DNA of 64,000 nt from Eutreptiella sp. 'Long Island Sound 2002'. Taxonomy: Eukaryota; Protista; Euglenida. Below, piece by piece: positions 33,701 through 47,600 of this stretch. How positions within the stretch are numbered: the stretch's first letter is position 1; every line of letters begins with the position of its first letter. Position numbers and translations under genes: made by a program. The stretch is from positions 20,150,001-20,214,000 of the forward strand of contig OZ038379.1 in assembly GCA_964036045.1 (NCBI GenBank), given 5' to 3'. The notes below the pieces were generated by a model. The model saw nothing but the letters and a program-made list of their open reading frames with translations, had not been told where the DNA came from and did not search any database.

Positions 33701-36300
33701 GGGTGAAGGTTGGAAGGGATGAGGGAGAAGCGAGCAGGGGCATGTCAGAGGCTGCAGTACCTTGGTACAACTCAATGGTGAATGTACACATTGCAAGCAA
33801 GGGCATGAGGAATCACAGTCAGATTGGCAGGTGAATTCAAAGCTCAAAGCTCTGTGTGTGCAACTTGGGGTATGCATGCATTGGTCCTGGGGATGAAAGG
33901 CATGACATTGGCGGTGCAGAGGAACCCCTTTTGGGGGGGGGGGTATTCAGATAGGGGTAACCTACCATACACCCACCCACGCTGTGTCTGGTCCTCCCAC
34001 TACCCCCTTGGGGCTGCCGTGTTTTGTGGCTTTGGTATTACAAAGCCACAGACTGCACTCGGATCTTCCACAAAAGCCGCGCTCCGGTGTTGCACCGACT
34101 CTCCCAGACACAAACTAAGACAAGTAGCTTGCTCCACAACGACCCCACCACCTCACAATGTCGAGCGGAAGGGTGTTGCAGCGCGGCCACTTATGTTTGC
34201 ATGTCATTGGAACCTTGTAGACAGATCTGGAGATGGCCGGCCGCATCGCGCACAACGCAATAGACCTTGCCAAATGAAAGGGGTCACAGGGGGCACTGGC
34301 GCCTCTCTGACTTTCGGACAAATGTGGGATGGTTTGCACTGATACAACGATTAACAATGAGGTGGTGGAGTTCAGGCATTGTGAAAAAATACACAATATC
34401 CTTTTGACGTGGGGTCTGATGGTTGAAATAAATGCGGCCATAATGCAGAGTCTCATGAAAGTCTCGTGACGTTCATGCTGCTGAGGGTCGCACTCCATGA
34501 AACAAGACAGAGGTGCAGACCCAATGCCAAGATCAATGGGGCTAAATCAACCAAACGCTCCACGAAACGATTCAGCTCTGATGTCGGCACACCAATGGGA
34601 AGTCCTTGGCACTAAGATATCCCACAGCTCAAAAAAGAAATCAAACCACCACTGTTGCAGCAGAGGCGACGGTTGCAGTGAAAGCGAGGGCAAGCACTTG
34701 TGAATCAGCACCACATCCCACACCCAAGCTTAAGATCCAGCTTGATGACAAAACATAACCTTCTCTCCAGTCTGATCTCGATGTCAAAATTCAGATTGAT
34801 GCCTGCAAGTTGCAACGGGCACTTCATGCTCCCTTTCAGGGGTGATTGCTACAAAGAATATTCAAATTACACCCCCCCCGCAGAGCTCAACATGCACACC
34901 GCACATGGTGTATGAATGTCTCACACCAGAAAGGGTAAATACATACAATCTGTGCACAGAGCTTATGTGCATTCACTGGGATACTCTGGGATGTATATCC
35001 ATTCAGACACTGTTTACAACATGTCCACAATGTTCCAGAGATGAAACATAAATTCAATCTCTTTGCCAACTCCCACAAAAAAAAAGGAATCGGCAACGTG
35101 TTCAAGCAAACCAAGGCAAAGCTGCACAGGAGTGTGCAGCCGTAACGAAGCTGACTGCAGAATCAACCTTGTTCGATGCCCTCTGCAAGGAGCCAGGTAG
35201 CCAGGTTGCCGCTGGTTCTGGAAGCATATGATCATCCGCAGAGCAACCAGGTCTGGAAGTCCACTGGAGGGCTGGCCAGTGATAGGAACAGCAAACGAGC
35301 GCAGGGCTGGGCACCAGCCGCCTCACCCCACATCAGGTTCATTGCACAGGCACCGGTGCAAACACTGCACCCGGTGCCTGGACCTGTTGGTATCTCTGTC
35401 CAGCAGCTTACGTATGGCGAGACCTGTGGTTGGTGATGAAAGCAGTATACATCTTCGGTGGTGCCGGAAAGGCAAACATAGTCAGACACTCACTACAGGC
35501 GGTGACCTCAAAATGATATTAATGTGAACATCAATGCAGGCCATTAGCTGCGGTCAGCGATAGCGATATCTGTTGAAGCAGTGAGCCAAAGGGAAGACAA
35601 AAAGAAAGAGATGGAAGCCATGCCCCAACGACGATCCCCTTGCACATTGTGGGGCCGACAAGGGCAGTGCAGGCGGGTATCAACAGTGGCACGGCCCTCT
35701 TGCCAAAGGCTCCTTCCAACGGAAAGCCTCCCTGCCTGCCTGCTTCCTGTAGTGAAAGGTAAGAAGAAAAAAATGGGCAGGTTGCCCTGCCCAGACCCAC
35801 TGACGTGAGCCAACAACTAAAGCTAAACCTATGCTGGGGAGGGTTGGGGCAGGTCACCACAAAGACTGGAGGGATACAGGCATAACGGCGGTCATTGAAA
35901 CACCATGCGGCCTCGGATGACGGATTTCTTGGGTCGGCCTTGCACGTCACCATCTGACATCTTGACGCCAGGGCCAGGCTGTGGAGAACAGAGGAGGAGA
36001 TGACTGGACATGACACACAAAACAATACGCAGGGCCACTCACTAGCCGCCGAATAAGAGGTCTGTGGGCCTGAATCGCGTTCTTCAAGGCACGAGCAACC
36101 GGTTTGTCGCAAGCATGGCAGAGCCCACTTTGCAGATCATACAGTAATACGAGCAGAGAGCCGAATGCCAGCAGAATGGCAATCAGGCAGCAGCTGATGG
36201 CATGAACAAAGACCAAGCAGGATGCGTTGTCTTAAAGCAATGATCAGTCCAAACAAAACGATTGCCGTATCGCCAATGTTCTGTGCTTCAGACAATGCTG
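30780..36300 (-). other. Possible further small minus-strand exons (3' continuation of the TOG gene or a second gene); unresolved
   Basis: Several AG..GT-bounded, protein-like segments, e.g. GINLNFDIEIRLER (about 34760-34803), KSQVVEMIGDDVFTKGKLLPSYIVNNMR (about 33392-33474) and IVVARAKVQEALQ (about 33178-33217). I could not chain them in phase. Confidence 0.25.
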
Positions 36301-36799
36301 CGCTCAATTTGATGGAGAGAGCAACACGCGACAAAAACGCGTTGCAGAGGCAAGGCCAGAGGCAAGGCAATGTTTCAAATTGTTTTCCAAACTATTTGGT
36401 GGCATCCAAAACTGCACGCACAACAAAAGCTGTCAACAAAAACTAAGCAGAGCAGGGAGTGCACACCATTTGTGTGATGTTCATATTCTTCATCGCCATA
36501 GAAGTGGCATCCCTAGGATGGAGAGACAGGTGAATGCTACACGTTGCGACAGCTAAAAAGCATAAAGATGGCGGTCAGCCAATAGCAGGTAATGCACCCT
36601 GGGCTGTTGATGTATTCTGGCGTTTGGGGGACTGAGGTTGACTGGTGGGGTGATGGGTGTTGACACCAGCTGTTCCAGCTGAGGAGTCCTTGCCTCGAAA
36701 AATAAGGGTAAAGGGTGACGGAGTACGATGACACGATCCCGTTGCACGAGCTAAGGAGAAGGACAGTAGAGTAGCTGGCACAAGGGCTGGAAAACATAC

Positions 36800-38566
36800 G
36801 CTGCTGGACGAGGTTGGGCCTTCCCAATCACCACATGGCCATCCTCCTCATATTCAGGCTCCGGGTTTGTCGATTCCTTTTCCTTCTTCCATTCTTGCAC
36901 CCTCTCCCTCATGGACATTGTCTCAGAGGTCTCCATATCCCTGCATCCAGATTGAATTGAAGCTTTGCATCACGTTAAACGCCAGAAACATGAGGCATCC
37001 CCACAGTTGAATTCCAGCGTGATTGCGACAGAGACGGTGAAAAATAAGAAATAAGAAACAGCAATTTGCATTCACTGTGCTCTGGGAGCTCTGGGAGCTT
37101 AAACAGGTGCAGAAAAGGCGGTTGGTCACTACAATCCAATCCAATCCAATCGTGAAATGTGCTGCCCAAGTGCGCAGACCAAGTCAAAAAGCACCACGAC
37201 TGATCAGTGAACTTTTCGCCATGATCGCAGGTCACTACATGTTTCGCCAGTGCCACAAATGCAACCATTTGTACATGTGACCACAGGCTGCCACTGAGGA
37301 TGGTCACCAGTTGTGTCACTGTGACAGCTATCGATATGACAGCAATGAACATCAGGCATCCCAAAGAATGAACCACATACCCAAGCGTGTTCGGGAATGA
37401 CTTGGGTCGTTTACGAGCACTGTCCTTTGCCTCCTGTGGAAACAGCAGCAGTACAAATGCAAAAGTCTGCCACGCCTCTATATGTCGCATGTGCAGCCAT
37501 CCTCCAATCCCTGGACAACTGCAATTTGGCCGGCCAGCAAGTTCATCCAGGCTGAAAAAAGGGATGGTCCACAGCACCTCATGACTCGTCCCTTACACAA
37601 AAATTGGGGTGGGCAATCAACAGGCAGCACCCTAAGCAAATCCACAAACCCCAATGGCCGACCCACCCACCCACTACCATCCTCGGGTTCAAGCATAAGG
37701 GTGGCTCTGCAAGCCGTGCGGTCCCTGCAATTTGAAGATTAATGGCAGCGTGCAAGCGTTAGACTGGGATTGGGGTGTGAATGAAGCGTCAGTGTAGGCC
37801 ATGCAGCCTAGCGCGGAGTTACATGCGGCTTGGGGTGGGCGAGGATGCTGTGGCCTGCAACTGTGTGGGAAAAGATCATGGAGACGAGAATTCCTTAGAA
37901 TGAATTCTCTTCACTTTACGAGTTTACTCCAAATGGGGCCAAAAGGAGTGCCCATGTAAACCCACATGCAAAAACTTTGCACGGTGCGCACTGGTGCGTA
38001 CAACACCCTCTCCCACACAGAAAATCTCACGCGTACACCCAGCTTTTGGTGTGGGCTATGGACTGAGATTAAACGGACGGAAACCAAACCCATGCCATAA
38101 TAACAACCGTAACGTCAACCTCAACCCCAACTGCAACCACCACCCACTGCCTTACTCCGGCAGGCCGTTTTCTCACTCACAAACCTCTTCCTCGACACCA
38201 AGAGGCTGCACGATGTTCGCCAAGCGCTGGATGGGTGCCGACTTTGTGCGGTCCTTCCGCGCAATTTTCATGATTTTTGACTTCAATTCCTGCGCATCAG
38301 AGAGACGGCCTACACGATGGCGTCAAGCCGGGGCAGGGCACGGCTGCCCTGACTGGGAGTTGGGGGGGGGGGGGGGGATAAAAGCTGGCAGACGACCATA
38401 TAACATAACCGGTGTTCAGTGCCATGTCTTTTGTGTGACCTGCTTGTTGTTGGTTGAGGTCAGCCCTGAAGGGGGATGGATACCCACAGGGGCAGAGCAT
38501 GTTTGCCGTTTGGCACTGCCGATTCACGCACTTGGCTGCACTTTGTGGAGGCGTGTCTCCAGACTA

Positions 38567-38601
<35 letters not shown>

Positions 38602-41600
38602 AACGGGGAGGGGGTTAGCCAGAAAGCTGGGTGGAGGGAGGTTGAGTAGTGCAGTTTTGTGGGTGGAGTAGGATGTCCCACTGCTCACAACGGCCGCGTG
38701 TTTCCAAGTGCAGCCTGATGATCAGTATGCATGAAGCGCCATCTCTGCGCACTTTCGAAGAGTCCGTACTGCGCTGGCCTTGGGGCATCGCCTTTCGGCT
38801 GGTCACCATCGGGCCTCAGGAGCCCCTTTCGAGACAGGTGGGGGAGGGTCTGTAGAACGGCGTCTTTAGGTCCTCTCCCCTGGGATTTAGGGCCTTCGAA
38901 TACCGCACGTTGAAGCGCTTCCATCAGATTCAGCCATAAAGGAGTCCAGCAGTTCCTCTTCATCGCGGGCCAAGGGACACTGCCCGCAAAGGTCACGCGA
39001 TGTGGAAGCGGCGAACAAGACTTTTGATAAGGATGGGCCTTTGCCGGGCTCCAGCTGTTTTGCCATCCCACGGGAGTTCAGCGGCACGCCAGTCAGAACG
39101 TCCGCCTCTGTAGTACCACCGTGGCCACACTAGTGTAACCGTACCACACAGCACACGGGGTGGTCTGTGTCATATTGCCAAATGAGCGAGCCTCAGTCAG
39201 AGGAACGAAGGGGACGCGAAGCGCTTGGCCTTGGCCGGGGCGCAGGAGGGGGAGCAGTGAAGCAAATTGTCCCGCAGCAGCAATGTAACGGCATGAGGCG
39301 CGGCACCCCCGCTCCCCCACCCCTCGTCCCCTGTGCATTTGTCAACTTTGTGGAGGCCTGACAATCAAAAGGTTGAGGCGTTGCAGATGTTCCGTGCGCC
39401 CCAAACTGAAGCAGGGGTTTGATTTCCGGCACGTGGGCCCCCGGTTGGAGGAGCTCAAGAGTCGGATGTGCGCTGCCGCCGTCCGGTTCAGGGGGTCTGG
39501 GCGTGGCGGACCCAAAGCGCCTCGTGTTCTTCGCCGTCTCCAACGCCCGTCGGTCTGCAGGCCTGTCCGGCACGGCCCCATTTCCATTATCACCAAAATC
39601 GATCCAAATCCGGGTCAAAAGAATGAAAAATGATCTGGAAACCCTCGTGAAAAACTGAGCAAAAATGGGCGAAAGGGGCCAAAATAAAGGCGAGTCAGAA
39701 GGCAAACTTGGATGGGGCACACGGAGTACATGCAACGTAAACGGGGGGCCGGCCTGAATTGGAAGGGGGTGTTGGGAAAGGGGGGGGTCTGAGACCAAAA
39801 ATTTTGTGTACCAAAAATGGCCCGACCAGTTTTTCCCCTTTATGAATTTCGTTTTTCCCACTTTGGTCACTTTGGTCTAGGAGAAGGGGGTCCGGCGGGG
39901 GGGGGGGAGGACATTGCCAAAAAAAAAACAACTCTAATTCAGGCCTTGGGGGGGGGGTTTAAAATCCTAACTATGAAAGGGTGGAGCACTGCACCATACT
40001 ATCTGGACATGGCGCCTCCTTGTGGGTGCGCGTGTCTCGCACAAATCAAGCAGCTTGCGCACGGGAAGGGCCTTCAGCACCCTGATACCATATGTAGCCC
40101 GGTCTGTTCATGCGCATTGTCGTACAGCACTACGTTCGCCATACTACTACCTGCAGGGCCACTCGCACCACATACACGCACATACGTTCACAAGGGCAGG
40201 CTTCTGATTCCGCAGGTATGTACGTACAATGTTGCCCGCTTTCTTGTACACCTCCAAAATGAGATTCACAGCGGCCTTGCGTACCTTTCCGTTTGGGCTT
40301 TGAAACGTGCCCACTGCAAACGTCATTGTGGCCTGAATGGGAACAGGGCCAAAGCACAGACACAGATGCACCAATCATTCAACACCGGACAATGCAAGCA
40401 CACGGGAAAAAAACGAACATTTCCACGGAGCACGGGTAACGCATGCAGCAACGCATTCTCAACATTTTGAGTGGTTCACCATGACCACCGCATTGCAGCC
40501 TCTGCCCACACGTGTTCACTGCGAGGGCGTGCCGTACACTCTGCAGGCGCAGAATAATGTGCTGAATCGTGAACTGTCAGGACATAAACGGTGGCAAGGG
40601 AAAAAATTGGGCTCGTTATCTGTTGACACTGTCGCCCTCCACCAAAGAGAGACTACGACCCCGGCTCAAGCCAAATGCCCCCCTCCTCCCTCTGCTCTGG
40701 TTGGCTGCATAAAGGAGGTAGTATCAGCAAATTTACCAGCACACTTGCGGGCACCATGTGTCCCGTTTGCGAAGAGAAGGGACCTCAAGGGGACGATACA
40801 CCAATCAAACAGAACAAGTATGACAGACAGGAGTGTAGTTCATCCAAGCATCCTTTGAATCTACACACGACGACGACTCGCCCTTTTTCTGGGATAACTA
40901 CCCAAACTGAGCGCCATAGACACCGCAGGAAAAGCATTTGCACTCTTCCAGGACCCCGCAATTCTCAGCCTTCAGTCCGCTGACGATCTGCAACACCATA
41001 CAAAACCAGGGCTTCCACTGTGTGTCCCCGTTCGGTATGTTGTATGACAAGGCAGGTACTTGTGTGTGTGCATGTGTAGGTCTTTCCATGTGAGGGCGCA
41101 CATGCCCCTGCGCGTGCCAAGGACATCCGGAGAGATCCAACGCCTTGAAGGGCCTGCGTATGCATTTGGAGGTGGGCGCTTGCTGTTGGGCTTCATGTCC
41201 CTGTCGGTCTACCTCTCTTTCTGTTCGCGCAGTACCATGCACGACCAACAGCCACATGTGCGGCCACTTCTGCCCTGTGAAACCGCCCCGAAATCACAAC
41301 AAATTAGCAGAACAAATCAGCAGAAGTGATGGGGGACCCAGGGCTGCACTTGTGACTTGTACACATACTACAGGGGGTCGAGAAATGTCGCCATACAAAA
41401 CCGCAGCACTACAGGGCCGCAGCACGCCCCAGATGGGTCCCGTGCCGTCAGCAGGAGGCCAGGTCATGCATGACCCATGGGCACCAAGCGGGCACCGTAA
41501 CCCAAATGCCCAGCCACGGGTCCCACGTAGCTACAAACTCAAAACGGACAATTGCCGTAATTGGGCACGTGCACTTAACAGAGAAATGTGAGACTGGGCA

Positions 41601-44600
41601 CAGACCGCCGAATACTTTGCCGCAGCACTGGATTTGCACTGCCCTGCAACACCGACAGCTTGGCCAGTGACGCCAAGGAGACAGTTGTTGAAGCGGAGAA
41701 CACCGCTAACACCGCAGGACGCTCGAGAAAGAGCACGCCGAGCGCCAGGCAGCAGCTCCCTCTAGTTCACCGACCCCCTTCAAGGTCAGCAGCCATATCT
41801 GTGCGCTGGAGTGCGGTGTGGGTGTGGGTGTGCATTGGGCAGACAGCATGTTTTAGCAGCAGAGCATTGTTTCTGGCGGAACCGCAGCCACAAAATGGCA
41901 AGTCATACGAAATTCAAGGAGCGCAGGCATACCTCCGTAGAGAGTCCTCCCGTATTGAATCCGAACTGCTGAACGAAAACCTCCAGCAGCTCCAGTCGTG
42001 CGACCACAATCCTACGGTGACACAAGCAGAAAGTCCAGACCAGAGTTGTGGCCACGGCAGTGTGCAGGCGGTACCAATTCAACGCAAACTCTGAGTTATG
42101 CAAACCAGTGCCCTCTGGTGTGAAACTGTGGCCCACAAAAAAAACACCGTTCCGCATGGATCATGGCGCAACTGCCAGAGAACCCCGGAGCACCAGATCA
42201 ATGACAGGCGATGATGTGGGGGCTGTGGTCCAGAACGCTGGGTTGTTCAGGACAGGCCGTGAAAATGCTGAACACTTGTGAGCAGACTTGCCGTGAGCGT
42301 CCGCCAGGTCAGGCGTGATGAGAAACAACCGGGTCCTACTGAATCGGGACACACCGAGGTCCAGGCGCGACAGCAGCGAATATTTCCGAGTAACTGTCCC
42401 CCCTGCCGGGCACTAGTGGCATGTCTGAGGGTGGCAGTACAGATTTCCATGCCCCATTTGACAGGTCCACAAACAACCACGAAAATCCATCCCTAAACGA
42501 GTGCCTTCTGCTGCTGCATCCCAGGGATCCTGATAGCGGTCCCCCCCCCCCCAGCCCCCCCCCCCCCCCCCCCCCCCCGAGTGACGAGTGACGAGTGACA
42601 CATGGAACGCACGAAGCAAATACGCAGAGATGGGCGCCACCGGACAACTCACAATTGCTCGAAGTGTTCATGTGGCTTTCTTGTTATAGTGTTGACTATG
42701 TTACTCACTACTGTCGCTGCTACAGCTACTGCTGCAGCTAGAAATGGAGCTAAAAGACGATGCTGAGGAGCTTTTTTCTGAGCCTGGTTGTATGCAGCTA
42801 GCCGTTTCTTGCCAGTCAGATGGCACTGTCCGCTGAACCAGACTACACAGTCTGTCGCTTGCTGAGCTGTCACAGTGCGCAATTGCTCCACAAGTGGTGA
42901 TAAACTCGATGGTGGTGTGGCAAACATGTCGAACAACGTGGGCTGCTTCTGCGGTGGTGTCAAGGGCAGAGCAGCTGCAGCACTGGGAGTTGCAGGGGAT
43001 GCAGAATGGTCTGCTTCAGCAGCAGCAGCAACGCTGTCCTCGGTGTCGGCAGCAGCGACAGCCTGCAGAGCAGGAGCATGTGCCTGGGCAACTAGCCCGG
43101 CACAGCTAAAAGCAGCAGCAATCAATGCAACAGCAGTGGCAGCAGTGGCAGCCTCCATTGCCCTCTTCTTCATCAACTTCTTCTTTTCGCGGGCTCTCTT
43201 GGAGGTGCATGCGCTCACTGTAGGGCACTGAGGTGAGTGCCCAAACTGTCCGGTGCAGCGCTGTTCCCTAGCACCCTTTACAGGCATGGTGACAGACTAT
43301 GAGAAAAGAAGGGGCAACATCTGTCACTGTCTATCTGTCACTCTCCATCTGTCACTGAGTGACAGATAGCCCGACCCCCCCCCCTCCCCCCACCCCCACC
43401 AAAAAATTGGACCCCTTCTTATCAAGATCCCTGCTGCATCCTCAACGACGTGCCCAGCCCAATGTTTCCACTGTTTTGAGTCATTTCAAATCCGCCCCCG
43501 GCAAATAGAAAGGGCATCTTGTGACTGCCAGCAGGACATTCGTGGTCCGGAATCGCTATTTGTCCCGCCATACCAAATTCCCTTCTGCGTTCAAAGTTCG
43601 TCTGAGCGGTTCAGGAAGGCTGCCTCCTCTGCCACAATCCTGTCGCGCATCATGGAAAACGAACCGCATTTGCCAGATTGATGCTTTTCAATCACTCATG
43701 GTGTGGCCAAACCGGCTTGGACACATTTCGGGATTGTTCAGGGAAACAGACAATCCGTCAACCCTTGCCGCAATTGTCATTCTGGGGCCCTTCTTGGCCA
43801 TCGAGGGCGAAGCGCAGAGGATTAGGGACAAAGGATGCATTGCCCGCTGCCATGTTATGATCATTCTAGGATTGACACGGCTACCATGGCCTACCGCACG
43901 TGTGGTCGCAATACTGGGTATGTGGTGCAGGCTCCGACGGCCTTTGGACTCGCATCCAATGAGGTCGGATGAACTCGCTCAACGATCGTGAATAACAATC
44001 GTCCAGCGAGCTCGTTCACACATACGACACAGTCAAAGCGCTATCACGCCGACCACACGGGGCATGCACGGTTCTCAGCGTGCAGCCCCAACAAGGCACA
44101 AACGGACGGGGCAACCAGCAGCCGAAAGCTAGTTCAGACATGGTCTACACATGGGGGAAAAGACTCAGCTCGCGCGCTTCATGGACATGGAGGACTGATT
44201 TTTGCAATTCATTTGGGTTGAACTCTTGTGTTTTCTCTCATGCGCCACGCAATGGAAACGCTGAGAACGTACCTACTGCCCCGGCAGTGCCACCGTGTGC
44301 ATGTAGACCGCACTCCTCCAAAACAGGACCATCCTTCATGAAGGAAAAACAGGTGTTTCAATACGCCCCACCAAACGTGTCGCAGCCAAATGACAGCGCC
44401 GGGCCAATCAATTACGACAATTGGTGGGTAACAAATACCACTTACCACCACCTGACAACAAGTAGCATTCAACTGACAGCATTTGGCAGCAGTGCTGAAT
44501 GAAGAAAAGTATGGCCATTAAATGCTGGCGGTTGGCCGGGGGTTGGCCGATAACCTCCAGCCCAGTGGGCCATCCTGAAGGACCGTCCTTAGCAAAAAAA

Positions 44601-47600
44601 AACCTGGGCCCTGAATGACGGCCCTGCTCTAACACCACCGCCGCCCGGCGATCTTGAAACTGAGCCAGACCAGGCAGTGGGCAGCGTCTGCAATGGTGCC
44701 GTCCTGTGGCGGATGGTCTTGTGTCCACACTGTGCGGGTTGTCTCTGGCAATGCGGCCTAATGGGGTTGAATGGAATGGAATCCGGGAAGTTGAAGGACA
44801 GGGTGATGACCGCTACCACTGTAGCAGGCCCTAAGGCACTCAGGGTTCATGCATGGGAGGGACACCACTCCTCGATCAAAACTGACCTTTACATATCAAC
44901 CAGAAAATCGAACGCTCATGGCCCTTCATCCCCGTACAGCATACCTCCACTGATTCAAGTTCTCAATCGGCGAGAGCAAATATGTGGCGACAAAGCCGAC
45001 TCCAATTTTCTGCAAGACAATTATGAGGAAAAGCGAGATGACCTAGACTTCAGAGAAATGCGGATGAATGCTTGGCTGTAGCTCCCTGTGGACCATTGCA
45101 GACGGCAGTGGATTATATATTGGCGTGATGTACCTGCTGCTTAGCGACTGCAGTGAGAGTTTCCAAAGTCGTGGTCTTGACCGCTGTGTTCAAGTCCCCG
45201 GCACGGCTGATCAGCAGGGTGATGATATTCTCCATTCCTAGCTTAAAATCATTTTCACCGATGGCTTCTGAATACGCCTCTGAGGACACATGCAAGGAGA
45301 GTTGGCAGAACAGTGCGATCTAGGGGGGCTTCGGTCAAACGAAAGTGGTTCGAAACTCGAGATATGATGCGAAAAGCAAGAGCACTACCTGCCACCATAC
45401 CCCGCCCATGGCAGCTAGCATTGCCTTCCACGTGCCCACTGCCTTTCCCAACATCTGCTCAGACACCTTGTACGTACAGCCGTAATGCATACCTGCAGCT
45501 GACCACACATCGAATACCACATCCACACCCTCTGCGAGTATGCTGCGCTGTTCCGCGAATGCCTTAGGGACGGTCCAAAGGAAATAGGGTGTTTGGGACA
45601 AGCGTCCCTGATTATTGGGAGGGCAGGGGGAGGGGACTGGGGTGTTTGGAAAAATCATCCCCAAATGACAGCGGCGTTTTGTGTCGGCAAATTTTGCCAG
45701 ATCAAATTTCGCCCTCTCCAAAATTACCCCTTCCATCTCGCAATATACAACACCAGAACATACCGATTACAATTTAAACCAATCACAACACCATTCGTAA
45801 TGCACGGAATACATTGCACCATCACCCTACCTGACATCCACCCAGACGCTCAACCTTCCACACGCAACCCCTCCCATCCCAGTGACCCCCCCACGCGCGC
45901 ACACACACCGAGTGCTGACTGCAGCACATTGCAGGACATAGTGTACACGATAGGCACGGCATCCTGCAAGCCAATCATCAACACCCGGCAACAATGCATG
46001 AAAGATTTCTTGGCAATATTGGGAGTCTTCGCCTGTGCATTTGGCCCCAAGGGATCTCCCCATATATTTCCAAGGTCCAGCTGCTGACGCAACCGGTCCA
46101 ATGCATTTTCTCTCAGCTTCCATTTCTTCGAAAACAGGCACGAGATGCCCGGACCGAAGGCCTGATGTGTGGGACAGTACAATTCAGTACAAGGTTGGCT
46201 GTTGGGGTTAAAGAGGTCAGTCGAGGACCAGCACTGAACACCACACCCCTAAGCCTACCACAAGCGCAATAAAACATGGCAGCACCCACCACGGTCGAGA
46301 GGGCGGAGGTGCCCTGGTTGCTGAGGCACTGTGTCACTCGCGCCTGTGACTGAACGATGAGGCATCTGTGCAGCTGTGGCTATGCCCTGTGGCCTGTGGG
46401 AATTCGTGGGAATTGGCTGAGAGCCAGAGGGGATCTGCCCGAACTAGTGAGAGCCCTTCAGAATGGGCAGGAAAGGGTCTATTTTGAGTGATGGTCGTCA
46501 CTTTTGGAGCACTCGGTGGTTTGGAAAGCCGAGTCATCCCGAGCGGCAGACTAGCTCTCATCAATGCGCAGAGAAGAGGAAATGGTTTCTCCTACATCGA
46601 AAAGCTGTTTCAAGCTGCATCAGACCAATTTCAGGACAGTGAACAGAGCGCCACCGTCTGCTAGCGTTGGCATCAGGCCTGGGCGTAGCACTGCAAATGC
46701 GGCACGGTGGCGGGCAGGGTTTGAAAAAAGCTTTCCTGGTGAAACAGCCCCCCCGCCCCCCACCCTCAACCGGCAGCCGTCAACCCGGGGGCTCAAGAAA
46801 TTTGTACAATATCTGCCAAAAAAAGATTCGTGATGTTTCAGTTGAATCTGGTGCCAAGGGCTCCAGTGTGTCAACCCCGTGTGTTTGAAACGTTCGGTGG
46901 CTTGGACTGTCGAGTGCATGATCTGTGACTGTTTCACAATCATCTCCTCAGTGCTGCCGTGGCAACCAAAGGGCTGGCTGGTGGTGAGCGACGTATTTCT
47001 CCCCCCCCCCCCGCTGCACTGCGACAGAGATCTCAGAAACTTCCTATTGTCTGATGCTTGGGCACGAACGCCACTACGGCGGAGGCAGACAACGTTTTCG
47101 GTGATAGTCGGGCGCTCGTGCTCATGTCGTGAAACGTCCAATACTACAAAGGCCGAACAGGACCCAGGGAACTGCAACGCAATGTCACAACAACATCGCA
47201 ACACCCACCCTGACATACCTCAACCAGGGGCTGCATTTTGCGAGTCTCTTCTTCTGAGAACTGCTCCACCACATGCAAGTCGTCTGGGAATGCAACGCAG
47301 GGTGCAGGGAGGACGCATGAACGACACATTATCCTTCTGCTGCTGGACATCTTGAGTTGGGATTGTGTGTACAGGCTGTGCTGTTAGTTGGTTTTTGGTG
47401 GAATTTGCAGGTCGGCACTGAGCAGCAGGCGCGGGGCTGCATCCGCATCTGCGGACGTGTGCATGTCGCATCTCGTACCTTGGGGAGGAATGAATGCTGT
47501 GAAGTGCACCGCATTTCCCCCGGTTTATGGATTGTCTAGCAGTCATTCCTTCATACCCTGAGGCACACGCCAACATTGTAGAACCCTGTACAGCCCATCT

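Noticed and set aside
38100-38150. Telomere-like hexamer tract (aacctc/aacccc)
   Set aside because: Too short and degenerate to call an interstitial telomere.
40920-40980. AG-preceded segment IVSGLKAENCGVLEE as a TOG exon
   Set aside because: It is not needed for the in-phase join 41933 to 40332 and has no counterpart in TOG1.
44420-44445. 6-nt micro-exon (AG|gtggtg|GTAAGT) in the TOG2 intron
   Set aside because: The flanking exons 45009-44945 and 42011-41933 already join in phase and match TOG1 spacing without it; there is no independent support.
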